Of a stretch of DNA of 64,000 nt, positions 62,812 to 64,000 are shown piece after piece. The stretch is from Eubacteriales bacterium (GTDB lineage: Bacteria; Bacillota; Clostridia; Oscillospirales; CAG-272): the NCBI GenBank assembly GCA_045660785.1, contig JAZREL010000076.1, forward strand, positions 594-64,593. The letters are read 5' to 3'. The notes beneath the pieces were generated by a model. It ran no database searches. It saw only the letters and a program-made list of their open reading frames with translations, and was not told the origin of the DNA. A program made the translations under genes and the position numbers. The first letter of the stretch is position 1. Each line of letters begins with the position of its first letter.

Positions 62812-64000
62812 ATGAACATTCCAAGACCCGAGCATCCCAATCCCCAATTTGAAAGAGAAAGCTTTATTAACTTAAACGGCGAGTGGGAGTTTGAATTCGA
62901 TTTCGGCACAAGCGGCAGAGACAGAAAGTTTTACGAAAGAGATAGCTTAAATTCAAAAATTATCGTTCCGTTTTGCCCCGAAAGCGTGCTTTCAGGCATC
63001 GGCAACACCGATTATCTTAACTGCGTTTGGTATCTTAAGAAAATCAACGTAGAGGACAACGACAAAAACGTAATCTTGCACTTCGGCGCAGTTGACTACG
63101 AAAGCTACGTATATATTAACGGCAAGCAAGCATACCACAATATCGGTGGCTACGTTGGCTTTGATATTGATATTACAAAGTACGTAAAGCGCGGCGAGGA
63201 AAATATTATCACCGTTTGCGCAATTGACGGTCATCCGGCTGGCAAGGCATCAGGCAAGCAGTCAAAGAATTACTATTCACAGGGCTGTGACTATACAAGA
63301 ACAACAGGTATTTGGCAAACCGTATGGCTTGAATACGTTGAAAAGAGCTACATAAAGAGCGTTAGATATTATACAAGCATTGAGCAAAAGAGTGTAACCA
63401 TCGAGGCAGAGGTTGTTGGAAGCGCTACGTTTGGCGCACGCGCAAGCTATGAGGGTAAGCCTATGGGCGAAATCTCCGCCACGCTTAACGAGGGCATCAC
63501 TCGCGTTACAATGCCACTTAACGAGCTTTATCTTTGGGAGGTTGGTGCAGGCCGTCTTTACGATCTTGAATTGACCTACGGAAACGATAAGGTAAAGAGC
63601 TATTTCGGTATCAGATCCACTCGCTTTGATAAGAAGTACTATCTCCTTAATAATAAGCCAACGTACCTTCGTACAGTTCTTGACCAGGGCTTCTATAAGA
63701 AGGGTATTTACACCGCTGAAACAGAGGAAGAGCTTGTACGCGATATTTATCTCTCACTTGATGCAGGCTTCAATGGCGCACGCCTTCACCAAAAGGTATT
63801 TGAGCCACGCTTCCTTTATCATTGTGACAAGCTCGGCTATATGGTATTCGGCGAAACAGGAAACTGGGGCGTTGACTGCTCAAATATGGAGCATTTGACA
63901 CCGTTTATGCTCGAATGGCAAAGAGAAATCGCAAGAGATTTCAACCATCCGTCAATCATCGGCTGGTGCCCACTTAACGAAACGTGGGATAATAACAATA
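62812..64000 (+). CDS. Glycoside hydrolase family 2 (beta-galactosidase/glucuronidase-like), 3' end outside the window
   Basis: This ORF is absent from the track because it has no stop in the window. I translated it by hand from ATG 62812 behind an AAGGAG RBS: MNIPRPEHPNPQFERESF..., HFGAVDYESYVYINGK, TTGIWQTVWLE and HPSIIGWCPLNE (acid/base Glu region). Confidence 0.85.
   Translation, partial: MNIPRPEHPNPQFERESFINLNGEWEFEFDFGTSGRDRKFYERDSLNSKIIVPFCPESVLSGIGNTDYLNCVWYLKKINVEDNDKNVILHFGAVDYESYVYINGKQAYHNIGGYVGFDIDITKYVKRGEENIITVCAIDGHPAGKASGKQSKNYYSQGCDYTRTTGIWQTVWLEYVEKSYIKSVRYYTSIEQKSVTIEAEVVGSATFGARASYEGKPMGEISATLNEGITRVTMPLNELYLWEVGAGRLYDLELTYGNDKVKSYFGIRSTRFDKKYYLLNNKPTYLRTVLDQGFYKKGIYTAETEEELVRDIYLSLDAGFNGARLHQKVFEPRFLYHCDKLGYMVFGETGNWGVDCSNMEHLTPFMLEWQREIARDFNHPSIIGWCPLNETWDNNN

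Overview
This is a chromosomal, mostly housekeeping window from a spore-forming Clostridia-type Firmicute. The taxon is inferred from spoIVA, a GerA-family protein, CotH, a YtvI-like protein, a SpoIIQ-like M23 protein, and low-complexity lipoprotein linkers. GC content was not computed. I call about 57 CDS: fusA (5' partial)-tuf, spoIVA, trpS, ychF, an OmpR-type regulator and a histidine kinase split by two genes, ruvC facing a DUF951-yfhO-ruvA-ruvB operon, ecfA-ecfA-ecfT-truA, a ClpE-like AAA+ protein, proS, gdhA, a solute-binding lipoprotein plus GH36 alpha-galactosidase, hprK, a ThyX-like/CDF/CotH operon, a heterodimeric ABC exporter, mrnC, pcrA and a 3'-truncated GH2. There is one tRNA-Leu(CAA), plus many near-consensus sigma-A promoters and intrinsic terminators. 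I saw no rRNA, CRISPR, IS element, prophage or recognisable defence genes. The signal that ordinary annotation does not explain is non-coding. Four intergenic loci carry tandem arrays of 17-23-nt micro-hairpins: the single-stranded linker and the two closing base pairs are conserved, while the stem interiors differ from unit to unit yet stay complementary. Family 1 has linker CA-T(G/A)AAT-TG at about 21.4-21.65 kb, 27.55-27.69 kb and 35.03-35.12 kb. Family 2 has linker TG-ATGATATA-CA at 58.97-59.08 kb, next to tRNA-Leu. The window also holds GTAG-headed REP-like palindromes, a 99-bp insertion flanked by a duplicated copy of the regulator gene's 3' end, a tandem 26-mer, a 21-mer shared by two loci, a catalytically degenerate ThyX-fold protein, and an uncharacterised three-gene operon.
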